Positions 30,172-40,627 of a stretch of DNA of 64,000 nucleotides are shown here, in pieces (position 1 is the first letter of the stretch; each line of letters opens with the position of its first letter). Under the pieces are notes generated by a model. The model was not told where the DNA came from, did not search any database, and was given only the letters and a program-made list of their open reading frames with translations. Made by a program: the position numbers and the translations under genes. The stretch is from Acidimicrobiaceae bacterium (lineage in GTDB: Bacteria > Actinomycetota > Acidimicrobiia > Acidimicrobiales > RAAP-2): positions 20,075 through 84,074 of the forward strand of contig PKYQ01000023.1 of assembly GCA_003133685.1 (NCBI GenBank). Direction: 5' to 3'.

Positions 30172-31248
30172 GTGAAAACAGACCTTAGAGAACTTCTGGA
30201 TGAATTGGTTGTGAATGCATTGGATTGTAAGTCGCCGACGAGAGAACAGGCATTGGAAGTGTTGGCGTCGAGTGATGAAGATCTACTTGATGTTGTTGCC
30301 GCGGGTGGTCGGGTTCGGCGACACTTTTTCGGAAACCGTATCAAGCTGAATGTCATTGTGAATATGAAGAGCGGCTTGTGCCCAGAAGACTGTGCCTACT
30401 GTTCGCAGCGCAGCGGGTCAAAGGCAGACGTTCTCAAGTACAACTGGATTGAACCTTTGACGGCCGCCGAGACAGCCGACCGAGCGGTGGCCAGAGGGGC
30501 GAAGCGAGTCTGTCTAGTGGCCAGTGGTCGTGGTCCGACCGATCGCGACATCGGGCGCATCGCAGAAACGGTCTTGGCCATTAAGGAACGGCATCCGCAA
30601 ATCGAGGTGTGCACGAGCCTCGGTCTATTGACTGTCGAACGAGCCAAACGTCTCTTGGAAATCGGCGTGTTTGCGTACAATCACAATCTGAATACGAATG
30701 AGTCGAATTACGCTGAGATCTGCTCTACTCACACTTTCGCCGACCGCGTCGACACCGTAGGGATTGCACGCGATGTCGGCCTCTCGCCGTGTTCAGGTGC
30801 AATCTTCGGCATGAACGAAAGCGATGAAGACATAGCCGACCTCGCTTTCGAACTTCGCAAACTCAATCCAGATTCAGTGCCCATAAATTTTCTCATCCCT
30901 TTCGAAGGTACTCCGATGGGTGGCCAATGGCAGTTAACCCCCCAACGCTGCCTTCGAATTTTGGCCCTCTATCGATTCTTCTTTCCCGACGTTGAGCTTC
31001 GGATCGCCGGCGGGCGCGAGATTCACTTGCGAAGCCTTCAAACACTTGGACTTCACCTCGCTAATTCGCTTTTCGTCGGCGACTACTTGACGAGTGAGGG
31101 ACAGGCCGCATCGATTGACCTTGAATTGATTTCTGACGCAGGATTCGTCGTGGAGGGCCTTGAAGATATCACTTTGCCCTCTGCCCGTCACGAGTTGGTA
31201 ACGCTGCGACGCAGGGGACCGGGAACTGTGGTGGCCGCCAACGTCTAA
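30172..31248 (+). CDS. bioB: Biotin synthase
   Basis: CPEDCAYC radical-SAM motif, [24 protein letters not shown]. Confidence 0.96.
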   Translation: MKTDLRELLDELVVNALDCKSPTREQALEVLASSDEDLLDVVAAGGRVRRHFFGNRIKLNVIVNMKSGLCPEDCAYCSQRSGSKADVLKYNWIEPLTAAETADRAVARGAKRVCLVASGRGPTDRDIGRIAETVLAIKERHPQIEVCTSLGLLTVERAKRLLEIGVFAYNHNLNTNESNYAEICSTHTFADRVDTVGIARDVGLSPCSGAIFGMNESDEDIADLAFELRKLNPDSVPINFLIPFEGTPMGGQWQLTPQRCLRILALYRFFFPDVELRIAGGREIHLRSLQTLGLHLANSLFVGDYLTSEGQAASIDLELISDAGFVVEGLEDITLPSARHELVTLRRRGPGTVVAANV

Positions 31249-31347
31249 TCCAAAAAGGGCGATGTATTAATTTCAACAACACTCCCAATCTTCGAATCGT
31301 GGTACGTACGTAATCTTCAGATTCGAGGCCTGCCCTTGAACGGACGC

Positions 31348-31833
31348 CTATGACGCGGCAGTTGTGGCCCGGCCCTCGCTCGATTCGATTGCTCCGGTTT
31401 GCACAACACGTTGCAGTGCTCGGGTTAACGCGACTGACTCCGCCGCGGAGAGGGGGGCTAGTGCCTCCTGCTCTGCTAGCTCTACCGCCTTGCGAGCGTC
31501 GCGGAGTCTCTTGCGGCCAGCCGCCGTTACTTCGAGGAGGTAGGCGCGCCGATTGCTCGGATCCCTGCGGCGGTTGACCAGTCGCTTCTCTTCGAGAGCG
31601 TCGATGAGCGCGACCATCGTCGTGCGGTCCACGCCAATGCGGCTCGCGAGATGTTGTTGGGATGCTGGCCCCTCAGCCTCGAGGAGCGTCAGGACGCCGA
31701 ACTCCCGGCCGCTGACGCCGAGTCGGGCAAGTCCCGGCTCGATTGTGGCCTCAAGTAGGGCAGACGTGCGCTTGAGAAGGTACGACAGCCGTTCCATCAG
31801 CGCAGGCGGGGGCCCAGAGATGTTTTCGCTCAT
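31348..31833 (-). CDS. MarR family regulator
   Basis: LASRIGVDRTTMVALIDALEEKRLVNRRRDPSNRR. Confidence 0.93.
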   Translation of the reverse strand: MSENISGPPPALMERLSYLLKRTSALLEATIEPGLARLGVSGREFGVLTLLEAEGPASQQHLASRIGVDRTTMVALIDALEEKRLVNRRRDPSNRRAYLLEVTAAGRKRLRDARKAVELAEQEALAPLSAAESVALTRALQRVVQTGAIESSEGRATTAAS

Positions 31834-31854
31834 GATCTCAATTGTAGCGGAGTC

Positions 31855-31883
31855 ACTGATAATCAGTTATACTGATCATCAGT
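31855..31883. promoter_or_regulatory. Tandem MarR-type operators between the divergent genes
   Basis: ACTGAT-A-ATCAGT (31855-31867) and ACTGAT-C-ATCAGT (31871-31883), both perfect inverted repeats. Confidence 0.75.
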
Positions 31884-31922
31884 AAACCTGAGCATCATCC
31901 AAGACAACAGAGAGAAGCCATC

Positions 31923-32912
31923 ATGACCACAATCACCGCCGCAAATCCGCAAGCGTCGAAAGCTGACGGTGCAAATATTCCAGTGAAAGCGCCCGGCGCA
32001 ATCGTCACCTACTGTCCGGTGGTCTTTGAAGTTCCAGGTCGTCCCGTGCCGCTTGAGATCAAGGTCTCGATGCCCGAGTCGGGGAGTGATCTGCCGATCA
32101 TCTTGCTGTCCCACGGCCACGGCATGGCGAACTTCCTATCGTCCTTCAACGGATACGGCCCGCTCGTCAACTTCTGGGCCGCGCACGGATTTGTCGTGAT
32201 CCAGCCCACGCACCTTGACTCGACTGCCTTGGGACTGCGGGATATGGACCTGCCCGACGCGCCCCTCTTCTGGCGCGACCGGGCGACGGACATGCACTAC
32301 ATCCTCGATCACCTCGACGAACTCGAAGCGGTCGTTCCTGGCCTCCACGGTCGCATGGATCGCGATCGCATCGTCGCGGTTGGACACTCGCTCGGCGCCG
32401 CGACTGTCACCCTCCTGCTAGGAATGCAGGTTCTTGACCCCGACGACCCGCGTGAGAAGGACTTGTCCGACCCCCGAATCAAGGCTGGGGTGGTGATCGC
32501 TGCACCCGGAATCGGAGACGAGCACTTGTCTTCGGGGGCGGCTGACAACTATCCGATGTTGAAATTTGTCGACTTCTCTAAAATGACGGGTGAGGCGCTC
32601 GTCATTGCTGGAGACAAGGACCTCAACGTCAGATTCTCTGACCGGCTCAGTTACCGCTGGGATGCTTTCACGTTCGCCCCTGCTCCTAAGACTTTGTTGA
32701 CGTTCTTCGGCGCCGAGCACATGTTCGGAGGCATCTCCGGATACGACGCCGCCGAGACGTCAGATGAGAACCCCGAACGCGTCGCCACTCTGCGCGCCCT
32801 CGTATGGGCGTACCTTCGATCGCAGCTTTACCCCGGCGACGATAGTTGGGCCAACGCCGTCACCTCCCTCGAGAGCGGCAAAAACCCTATCGCGAAGGTC
32901 GAGTCGAAGTAA
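31923..32912 (+). CDS. Alpha/beta hydrolase (chlorophyllase/PAF-acetylhydrolase-like)
   Basis: LLSHG, GHSLG nucleophile elbow, GDKD, EHMFGG. Confidence 0.87.
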   Translation: MTTITAANPQASKADGANIPVKAPGAIVTYCPVVFEVPGRPVPLEIKVSMPESGSDLPIILLSHGHGMANFLSSFNGYGPLVNFWAAHGFVVIQPTHLDSTALGLRDMDLPDAPLFWRDRATDMHYILDHLDELEAVVPGLHGRMDRDRIVAVGHSLGAATVTLLLGMQVLDPDDPREKDLSDPRIKAGVVIAAPGIGDEHLSSGAADNYPMLKFVDFSKMTGEALVIAGDKDLNVRFSDRLSYRWDAFTFAPAPKTLLTFFGAEHMFGGISGYDAAETSDENPERVATLRALVWAYLRSQLYPGDDSWANAVTSLESGKNPIAKVESK

Positions 32913-32916
32913 GGGT

Positions 32917-32944
32917 TCACCTCGGCGCTCGCGCGTCGAGGTGA
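32917..32944 (+). terminator. Hairpin after the hydrolase
   Basis: TCACCTCG...CGAGGTGA directly after the stop. Confidence 0.45.
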
Positions 32945-33058
32945 TTGCTCGCCGTGGTGCAGCGGTGCTGATTTGTCAGTCGGCACCGCTCCGCTTCTTC
33001 TGCCGATAAACAACACGGCGCAGTTCGACGGAGTCATCCACAGGGATCTTTCCGAGAA

Positions 33059-33220
33059 GGACTCACCAACCGGGAGATCGGTGAACTACTGGTGTTCAGC
33101 CAAGCGATGATCAAGACTCACGTGAATCGGATCTTCGCAAAGACCGGCGTGGCCGACCGGGCTAACGCCGTTCGCTACGCCTTTCGGGCCGGTCTATCGC
33201 GACCACCTCGCGAGGTCTAA
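33059..33220 (+). pseudogene. LuxR-type HTH remnant
   Basis: Manual translation GLTNREIGELLVFSQAMIKTHVNRIFAKTGVADRANAVRYAFRAGL... with no receiver domain or obvious start. Confidence 0.75.
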
Positions 33221-33457
33221 TGAGAGGTACGACGACGTTGGAGTTCGAGGTCCAACGATTGAATCGGATCAGAACAAGATTGCCGACTCGAACTTTATTG
33301 GTACGTATTGGCCCTCGGCACTGCGGCACGTAACTCATGTTGTCTACGAACAACAGGTGTCGAGATCCGCAAGCGTGGTGGAGAATCGGCACGACCATAC
33401 TGCGTCGATCCACATCGGCGAGCACGAGACTGCAGGGTCCGAATCTTGCACACCTTG

Positions 33458-34273
33458 TTAGAGTTTGCCTTCACGGATTGCCTGGTAGACGGTTCGCACC
33501 TTTGGCTGGAAGCCGAGGCTGCGTGCAAGCGCCACGTCCATGTGGCCTTTCCATGGATTAGTTAGTGGTTCCGACGAAGACTCGTAAGTGGAGCCAACGA
33601 TCTGTGCGATTTCGTAGATGGTGAGTGGTGACTCGTCGGCGATATTTACAATGCGACCATCCATGACTCCAGTCAGCGCAAGTTCGAAGGCCGTTGCGAT
33701 GTCTGTATGGTGAATCACGCTCAGCTTCTGTGCAGGGTGCCACTTCATGTCGGCGAGAAGTTCTGGAATTGATTCGAGGTGCCCGTCTTTGTCGCCATAG
33801 ACAAACGGAAGCCTCAGGATGCTGCAATTCAGCCCACTGTTGAGAAGTATGTTCTCTGCTTCCACTTTGCTGGCGGGGTAGGCAAGCGTTGGGGCGACTT
33901 GGTCGTCCTCACGACCAGGATGTGAGTTATCCGAATCGTAAACATTGGAGGTACTGGCCATCAAAAAGCGAGCATCGGGAGCGTGTTCCTTCACGGCTGC
34001 GATGAGGTTGCGAGTGCCTTCGAGATTGACTTTCCATATTTGGTCTTCGTCACTTGTACGAAACGTCGCGGCGAGGTGAATGACTGCTGACACACCCTCA
34101 ACTGCTGGCGCTAGTGATTCGGTATTAAGGATGTCTCCTTCGATTGGCGTGACTCCTTTCGGAAGTTCTTTGCCGGGTCGCACCAGTGCACGGCAATCAA
34201 TACCTGCTCCTACGAGTCGCTTCAAGAGCCGCGGTCCAACGAGACCCGTACCGCCAGTTACCAAAATTGTCAC
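33458..34273 (-). CDS. NAD-dependent epimerase/dehydratase
   Basis: ILVTGGTGLVG, VIHLAA, YPASK (YxxxK). Confidence 0.9.
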   Translation of the reverse strand: MTILVTGGTGLVGPRLLKRLVGAGIDCRALVRPGKELPKGVTPIEGDILNTESLAPAVEGVSAVIHLAATFRTSDEDQIWKVNLEGTRNLIAAVKEHAPDARFLMASTSNVYDSDNSHPGREDDQVAPTLAYPASKVEAENILLNSGLNCSILRLPFVYGDKDGHLESIPELLADMKWHPAQKLSVIHHTDIATAFELALTGVMDGRIVNIADESPLTIYEIAQIVGSTYESSSEPLTNPWKGHMDVALARSLGFQPKVRTVYQAIREGKL

Positions 34274-34716
34274 GATTTACTTGCTTTCTTTTTATAGTCA
34301 ATGAGTCGCTGAGTAGCTTCGCGAAGGATCCGATTGGTTGTCGCAATGTCGTTGTCGTCGACTCCATCGAACGCCACTGTGGCGATGAGTTCAATTGGAT
34401 CGGGAAGCGTCGACCACAGGTTCGTTCCGGTGGTCGTGATCTTCAGCACCTTCTGACGTTGATCATCAGCGTCTGGCACTTGGTCGATGAGCCCTTTGCG
34501 CACGAGCGCACTGATGACGGCGCTGAGTGTCGCTCGCTCAATCTCGAGCATGCTTGTCAGATCTCTCTGATTCATTGGCCCGTCGTTGGCGAGCAGATAA
34601 AGGACGTACCACTGAGTGGTTCCTAGATTGTACGGACGCAGGACGGAATCCATCAAAGCTCGGCTCGCAAGAAAATACTTCTTAGCCCAGGAACCGGCCG
34701 CTTCCAGATTTGACAT
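34270..34716 (-). CDS. MarR family regulator
   Basis: LEIERATLSAVISALVRKGLIDQVPDADDQRQK. Start moved to ATG 34716. Confidence 0.9.
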   Translation of the reverse strand: MSNLEAAGSWAKKYFLASRALMDSVLRPYNLGTTQWYVLYLLANDGPMNQRDLTSMLEIERATLSAVISALVRKGLIDQVPDADDQRQKVLKITTTGTNLWSTLPDPIELIATVAFDGVDDNDIATTNRILREATQRLIDYKKKASKS

Positions 34717-34724
34717 TTCAGTTT

Positions 34725-34770
34725 TGTTAGGCACCTTACTAGTCTGTCAGGTACCTAACAGTATGTCAAG
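34725..34770 (-). promoter_or_regulatory. Tandem operators overlapping a TTGACA-N17-CAGACT promoter
   Basis: TGTTAGGCACCTTACT (34725-34740) and near-palindromic TGTCAGGTACCTAACA (34745-34760); minus-strand TTGACA at 34770-34765. Confidence 0.65.
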
Positions 34771-35028
34771 CTTCAGGCCTCTTTGTTCAACACTTTGAGC
34801 TCGGCATGCCCGTCGAGACCGTCCCCGCAGAGAACTTCGGATTCCTCAGTCAAGTCTTCGCTATCGACCAGTCATCGTCGAGTGCACTGACGCGAGAGAG
34901 GTTCGATTGGGAACCCACACATCCGAGCCTGCTGCAAGACCTCGAAGCTGGGAGCTATCCGTTTTGAGCGCCGACATCAACGAAGGTCTGTTCGAGAGCG
35001 GTCGACATGGGGATGCTCGCACCGTTGG

Positions 35029-35610
35029 TCACACTATTGGCCGTAAACCATCCACCAGCAAACTCAGCATGCGAGCAGTCTGGTCACGTTGCTCGGTTTC
35101 TCCCGCGACCGTCAAGATGCCAGCGAGAGTTGCAGCAATCGTCTCCGCGTCTGCGTCCGGCCGGATCTCTCCTTCAGTTATCCCGGCGTCGAGGAACATA
35201 CGTACCACCGCGACCAACTCTGCTCGCATCTGAGCGAACTCGAGCCGTCCGGAAGAAATGATGACACGAAGCGTGTCGATCATGCCGTGCTTGGTGACTG
35301 CCCAATCGACGAATAGGTCCATCCATAAGCGCAGCGCTTCTGTCGGAGGGTGCGTGGCCAGAAGCTCGAGAGCGCCAGTCCGCAGGCGGTCCTCCTGATC
35401 GTGATAGACAGCCTCCACCAGCGATTCCCGCGTTGGGAAATGGCGATAGAGCGTGCCAATTCCCACCCCTGCCTGCTTGGCAATCTCCTCTAACGAGACT
35501 CGTTCCGAACTTAAACTGAAGGCTTTCGTGGCGACCGCAATCAGGTTTTGGCGGTTTCGTCGAGCTTCGGCAACTCGGGCGCGTGGTGGCTCTGAATCAG
35601 TGGGTGACAT
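35029..35610 (-). CDS. TetR family regulator
   Basis: ARRNRQNLI...SLEEIAKQAGVGIGTLYRHFPTRE. Confidence 0.93.
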   Translation of the reverse strand: MSPTDSEPPRARVAEARRNRQNLIAVATKAFSLSSERVSLEEIAKQAGVGIGTLYRHFPTRESLVEAVYHDQEDRLRTGALELLATHPPTEALRLWMDLFVDWAVTKHGMIDTLRVIISSGRLEFAQMRAELVAVVRMFLDAGITEGEIRPDADAETIAATLAGILTVAGETEQRDQTARMLSLLVDGLRPIV

Positions 35611-35646
35611 CGTCGCGGGTCCTGCCTCCTAAGATAGATCGTAGTC

Positions 35647-35666
35647 AATCGGAGGAGCCTCCGATT
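35647..35666. promoter_or_regulatory. TetR operator between tetR and the SDR gene
   Basis: AATCGGAGG-AG-CCTCCGATT, perfect 9-bp arms. Confidence 0.75.
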
Positions 35667-35760
35667 AACTTGGTCCGTCGAGTTCGTGGTCACAACACGG
35701 TGCTGAAAAACCGAGGCTCGCCGTCTGTCTATTTAGTGCAAGTTGGAGGTATGAACGATT

Positions 35761-36462
35761 ATGGGTGTACTGATTGTTTTTGGTTACGGTCCTGGTATAT
35801 CGCAGGCAACCGCAGAGCGATTTGGGAGCGAGGGCTACTCCTTGGCCCTGGTCGGACGAAGCGCTGATCGGCTCGCCGAGGGAGTCGCCCACTTGAAGGC
35901 CCGTGGCATCGAGGCGTCCGCGTATGTGTCTGATGCCAGCGAACCTTCGAAGGTTCGATCGACCATCGAGGCAATTCGAAACGACCTCGGGAGCGTTTCC
36001 GCTGTTGTCTGGACCGCCTTTCGAAGCGGAAGCGTCACGAATGTGCTGTTGACAACGCCCGAAGATATCGAGCGAGCGTTCGACATCGGGATTAGGGGTT
36101 TGCTCACCTGCGTGCAGGAAGTACTTGAGGATCTGAAATCCAACCCGTGTGCGGCGATCCTGGTCGCCAACGGAGCGTTCGGTGAGCACAATTCTCAAGC
36201 AGATAAGTTTTCGACGCTTCTTGAAGCTGACGGGGTTGCGCTTGAGAACGCCGCGAAGTCAAAACTCGTGGGCATCCTCGCCGAGCGTCTGCGCGAATTC
36301 GACATCTACGTTGGCGAGGTCATGATCGCCGGATCCGTAAAGGGAACGGCGACATCGACCCAAACAGCGATTGAGCCGACTGCGATTGCCGAGACCTTCT
36401 GGTCTCTTGCGCAGGCCCGTGACACAACCAGGGCTCGCATCGTTGAGTCGGGCTTTGCGTGA
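35761..36462 (+). CDS. SDR family oxidoreductase
   Basis: VFGYGPGIS Rossmann start, LVGRS; atypical active site. Confidence 0.85.
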   Translation: MGVLIVFGYGPGISQATAERFGSEGYSLALVGRSADRLAEGVAHLKARGIEASAYVSDASEPSKVRSTIEAIRNDLGSVSAVVWTAFRSGSVTNVLLTTPEDIERAFDIGIRGLLTCVQEVLEDLKSNPCAAILVANGAFGEHNSQADKFSTLLEADGVALENAAKSKLVGILAERLREFDIYVGEVMIAGSVKGTATSTQTAIEPTAIAETFWSLAQARDTTRARIVESGFA

Positions 36463-36483
36463 CCGAAGACTGTTGAGAGTTCC

Positions 36484-36607
36484 ACGGGCACTGGCGAGCA
36501 CCAATTGGGCACCAAATGGCGGACACTCACGAACGCTCACGGTCAATAGCGGACACTCCACAACCCTTGCGATTGTTGGCTTATGGGCGAATTTCCGTCG
36601 CACCCCA
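36484..36607. repeat. Degenerate attL-side arm of an older element, ending in an 8-nt tRNA 3' remnant
   Basis: GCGGACACTCCACAACCCTTGC...GAATTTCCGTCGCACCCCA aligns with 48523-48574 and 59273-59334. Confidence 0.75.
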
Positions 36608-36939
36608 CCGATGTTGTAGTTCAAACTCCGGTTCTGGTATGGCTGCAGTGGATTGAGCGTCTCGCCAAGTACGTCACAAGGTCATGCCGACGTGTGGCTT
36701 TGGGTCGATTGAACTTCAGTCAAGCAACGCACCCAGGTTTGGGGGCAGTGCGGTGCTGGCGATTACTCGTAGTCGTCGTCATTTCCGGTGAAGTCTCGAG
36801 ACGCTCCGGGCCAGGTCAGGTAGAAAAAGTTATGCGGGTCACGGTCGCATGTTCGTCAAGAACCCATCTACGGAAGGATTGCTTAGTAGGTTGCTCCTAA
36901 AGCCGAGAAGTGAGGTGGGAAGTGGTGTCAACGTCATCA

Positions 36940-37569
36940 ATGGGAGCGATTGTGGGCACCTACGTCTCAGTGCTCGTGCTGTTGAGCGTGCTGGCCAGTG
37001 TTGGCAGCATCGTCACTTACATCATCATCGTGGTGGCAAATCGGGCCGAGCCCGATCCGTCGGGTAATCGCACCAGCACGATCTACCACGTGGGAACCGC
37101 ATTCATTGCTCTGTGGCTGGAGATCGCCGGGGTCATCACGATCCTCGTCACGCTATTCGACCTCATCGGAGCAGGTAGCAAAACCTACTTTTCGTCCGAG
37201 GTTCACCCGCTCGGGGATTCGACCATCAGGGGAATCACCATCGGACTTCTCCTATCGATTGTGGGTGGCTACACGGCGCTCACACACCGTTCGAAGGCGA
37301 TCGAGTTGGCAAGTAGCGATGAAGTAGAGGCGAGTCCATCGAAGCGCGTTGTTCGCAGCTACGCAGCGGTCGTCAGTTTCATCAGCGTGATCATCATCGT
37401 CATAAGTTTGCTCGCCTTCGTGTGGGCCGTGTTGGGTCTCATCGCTCCAGGCGTCTATCAGACCGGAGATCGCACCGGAGATATCCGTGTGCTGTTGGAC
37501 GAGGCAACAGTGTTGGCAGTCTTCGCATGGGTCTTCTCGACTCACCGGCGCCTGGTGGGAGTCCGCTAG
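36940..37569 (+). CDS. Multi-pass membrane protein (DUF5671-like)
   Basis: Five TM segments with two related Y-containing helices. Family assignment tentative. Confidence 0.65.
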   Translation: MGAIVGTYVSVLVLLSVLASVGSIVTYIIIVVANRAEPDPSGNRTSTIYHVGTAFIALWLEIAGVITILVTLFDLIGAGSKTYFSSEVHPLGDSTIRGITIGLLLSIVGGYTALTHRSKAIELASSDEVEASPSKRVVRSYAAVVSFISVIIIVISLLAFVWAVLGLIAPGVYQTGDRTGDIRVLLDEATVLAVFAWVFSTHRRLVGVR

Positions 37570-37614
37570 GCCCAGACAGAAGTCGGCGTATGCGCACTTG
37601 CCAGGAATAAAATT

Positions 37615-37661
37615 GCACCCCCAACGGGATTCGAACCCGTGCCGCCACCTTGAAAGGGTGG
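37615..37661 (-). repeat. att core: 47-bp copy of the tRNA-Glu 3' half
   Basis: Identical to 48566-48612 and 59326-59372. Confidence 0.96.
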
Positions 37662-37943
37662 GTGAATTCAAATCTGCACGACGGTGAAACCACTGATCAA
37701 CAGCAATATCCAATGACGTTTATTTCTGCTTAGGGGGCCTTCGGGCATACTTCGGGCATAAGCCAAGACTGCCTCCTTCAACAGGTGCGTGCGATTCAAT
37801 GCTGACGAGGTCTTAGTTCTACGAACATCGGATCGGAGTCGTGTCAATTCGTACGCCCAACGAGGGCGCCAGCCACTTCCAGAATTGCTATCGACAGTTT
37901 CCGATAGTCGTTGTACCGTTGAGCACAAAGCGGGAGATTGGTG

Positions 37944-39014
37944 ATGCGCGCTCGCCGAATCACTTGTAGGGTCGCCGTCCTGACGGTCGCCGCGATATCG
38001 GCCCTCAACCTCTTCGCGGTTGCTTCGACCGATGCGGGCACCGCTACGACACCCCCGAATTCGACAGCACTCTTTTCCGTGAGTCGCAGTCTCACCTTGG
38101 CCACAGATGGCGCCGGCCCCTTCATCGTGGGAGCGGGGAACGACTCTATATTCGTGGACGGCACGTTTGACCAATTCCACCACCAAACCGATACCGATGA
38201 CCTCATCCGAATCAATCTGAGTACCTGGCGCATCAGCGCCGCAGCAAGATACCCCAACGAAACCAGCGTCGCATTTGGTGACGGCGCGCTCTGGTGGGCA
38301 ACAGGCCAAGACGCGTTCGATATACCTGCACCGGATAGCGGGCGAGTTCTGTTCAAGATTGATCCGACGAACTTGAGTAAACAAACGGCATTCGTCCTGC
38401 CAGATCGAACGCTCCTCGTGACCGTTGCCAGAACGTCTTTATGGGTCGCGACACCATCCATGCTCATCAGACTCGACCCCGTATCCGGGCAGATTCTGGT
38501 CAAGGTTCCGTCGAGTTTCTCGCCAATCGCCATGTCATCTTCCGAACAAGGTAAGTACCTTGACGTTCTCGGGTCGAGGGATTCGAAGGAGTACTTGACC
38601 ACCTACGATGCAGTATCGGGACGAAGGATGATGCGACGCTTAATCCCGGGCGCCAGCGGCGGGCCACTCGCTACGACCACGCGGGGAGTTTGGATCAATA
38701 CCGCGAACGTCAAAGGTCAGTCCACCACTGCTCGCTACTACGAAGGTGATCGACTTCTTCCCTCTACGACGCGAGGTGGTTACCCGCCCGACATTTCGCT
38801 GTTCTCCGGGGTCGGCGTGATCTGGTTGGTCGATTCCTGGGGTCTGAAGTCGACCGAGTGTCTTGCCCCGTCAACTGGACACGTCCAGTCTCGGGGTGGT
38901 CCACTTGGGGTCTACGGCTCTTTCGTGGCGTACGCGGGTCGCACGTTCGTACTGTTCGATCGTGGTCTCACGGACTACTTTGCTCGCGTCATACCTACGA
39001 AGAGTTGTAGCTGA
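37944..39014 (+). CDS. Secreted beta-propeller-like protein
   Basis: Signal peptide; repeated LIR.D/N...G...W blades. Confidence 0.75.
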   Translation: MRARRITCRVAVLTVAAISALNLFAVASTDAGTATTPPNSTALFSVSRSLTLATDGAGPFIVGAGNDSIFVDGTFDQFHHQTDTDDLIRINLSTWRISAAARYPNETSVAFGDGALWWATGQDAFDIPAPDSGRVLFKIDPTNLSKQTAFVLPDRTLLVTVARTSLWVATPSMLIRLDPVSGQILVKVPSSFSPIAMSSSEQGKYLDVLGSRDSKEYLTTYDAVSGRRMMRRLIPGASGGPLATTTRGVWINTANVKGQSTTARYYEGDRLLPSTTRGGYPPDISLFSGVGVIWLVDSWGLKSTECLAPSTGHVQSRGGPLGVYGSFVAYAGRTFVLFDRGLTDYFARVIPTKSCS

Positions 39015-39089
39015 ATTCCGACGTTCCTCGTATAGACGTCGCGACGCGACAAGACGACGCGATATCTGAAATCATCGCAGTGATTGTGG

Positions 39090-39115
39090 TGTCGGAGGCC
39101 CGACGTAACAGTTCT
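39090..39115 (+). repeat. Junction motif copy b
   Basis: TGTCGGAGGCCCGACGTAACAGTTCT(GCAG). Confidence 0.9.
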
Positions 39116-39472
39116 GCAGTCTTTCACTGGCGTATAGGTTCGTGCACACCTGATCATTGAAATCGGCCACAACGTAGTGCGGAAAGGTCATCTTGGCGCG
39201 AGACCACTGGTCCAAGAACGTCAACTAGGTTCAGAAACGTGAATCGCGGCTCGCGAACTTATTCAGGTCCGCTCTCTCGTAAAGAGCGAATCTTGGATCG
39301 ACTTCGATACCGATTCTTTCCGCCCAAACACCCGTTCCTGAATCCATTTCAACAGATCATCTGGCGCGGGCAACGTCTCGTAAGTGGCGACAACCGACAT
39401 CGGAGAGCCAAGGTTCGCTAGGACGGGCGAGGGTCATATAACTTTTGACCATCACACACGGAGAATCGACGT

Positions 39473-40615
39473 ATGAACTTCACTCGTAAGTTCGTGACCG
39501 CCAGTGCACTGTTTGCGCTCGTCACGGGTCTGTCATTCGCTCCCTTGCTGACCGCGTCATCCGCCACGGCACCGTTCAAACACCCAACCGCTATCGCACT
39601 TGACCACGATGGTCACCTGTGGGTCTCCAATCAGGACTACTTCGGTGTTACCGAGATCGAGGCCAGTACTGGGCAAGTGATTCGCGTCATTAACGCCAAG
39701 GCCGATGGCTTCATCGATCCGTACGGTATTTCCGTGTCGGGCCAGCACGTATGGGTCGTGAGCGGCGGTGTCGAATACGGCAATGGCACCAGCCATGTCG
39801 GCACGGTGACGGAACTCGACGCGACAACCGGCGCCCTGATACGAACCGTCAATCTCAAGAAGAACGGCGTGACGGGTCTCTCCGCTGTCAGCGCCGACAA
39901 CCAGCACGTGTGGGTCACCGCAGACGGCGGGGGAAGAGTCGTTGAACTGTCGAATGCGACCGGTCGCGTCGTGCACGTCTATCGAGGTCGCCTTAATCAT
40001 GTCGAGCCCGATGGCGTTGCCTCGAACGGCAGCGATGTCTGGGTTGTAGGCCCAGAAGTTGGAAATGGCGTGGTGGAACGCAGCGCCGTCACCGGACGGA
40101 AGTTGCGGACCTTGACGCCGACCCATCCCGAAGCGTCGCCAGGTGAGAAATACAAGTTTCCGGTGTACCTCTCGCCCAATTGTGTGACGGTCGATGCGCG
40201 CTATGTATGGACGGGTAACGGAGGGTCCTTGAGCTACAAGCTCCTAGGTGGTTCAGTCACGCAAATTGACGCCGCCACAGACAAAATCGTTCGCACCGTG
40301 GGCAGTAGCGCCGATGGCTTCTCGGGCACGATCCAGAGTGTTGATTCGGACGGCACGCACGTGTGGGTTGTCAACGGCTCCGTCTCATACCGAGGGCACC
40401 GTCGTGGTGACTCGGTCACTGAGTTGAATGCAACGAATGGTTCGCTGGTGCGAGTCATTCAGTTGCACGATGGCACCTACGCCGACCCCGTGGGCGTGGT
40501 CTCGAACGGCGTCGACGTGTGGGTCACCGACACCGGTGGTGGAACAGACGGCATTGGCAGCGTCATAGAACTCAATGCCGATAACGGCGCCGTGGTGCGA
40601 ACGATTGCCGGATAA
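39473..40615 (+). CDS. Secreted YncE/Vgb-like repeat beta-propeller
   Basis: Signal peptide; about 7 repeats of HVWV...VTELDATTG..IR. Confidence 0.85.
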   Translation: MNFTRKFVTASALFALVTGLSFAPLLTASSATAPFKHPTAIALDHDGHLWVSNQDYFGVTEIEASTGQVIRVINAKADGFIDPYGISVSGQHVWVVSGGVEYGNGTSHVGTVTELDATTGALIRTVNLKKNGVTGLSAVSADNQHVWVTADGGGRVVELSNATGRVVHVYRGRLNHVEPDGVASNGSDVWVVGPEVGNGVVERSAVTGRKLRTLTPTHPEASPGEKYKFPVYLSPNCVTVDARYVWTGNGGSLSYKLLGGSVTQIDAATDKIVRTVGSSADGFSGTIQSVDSDGTHVWVVNGSVSYRGHRRGDSVTELNATNGSLVRVIQLHDGTYADPVGVVSNGVDVWVTDTGGGTDGIGSVIELNADNGAVVRTIAG

Positions 40616-40627
40616 GTCAGGACAACT

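Noticed and set aside
39239-39421. 60-aa ORF between motif b and the YncE-like gene
   Set aside because: No RBS, motif or paralog; cannot be supported as a gene.
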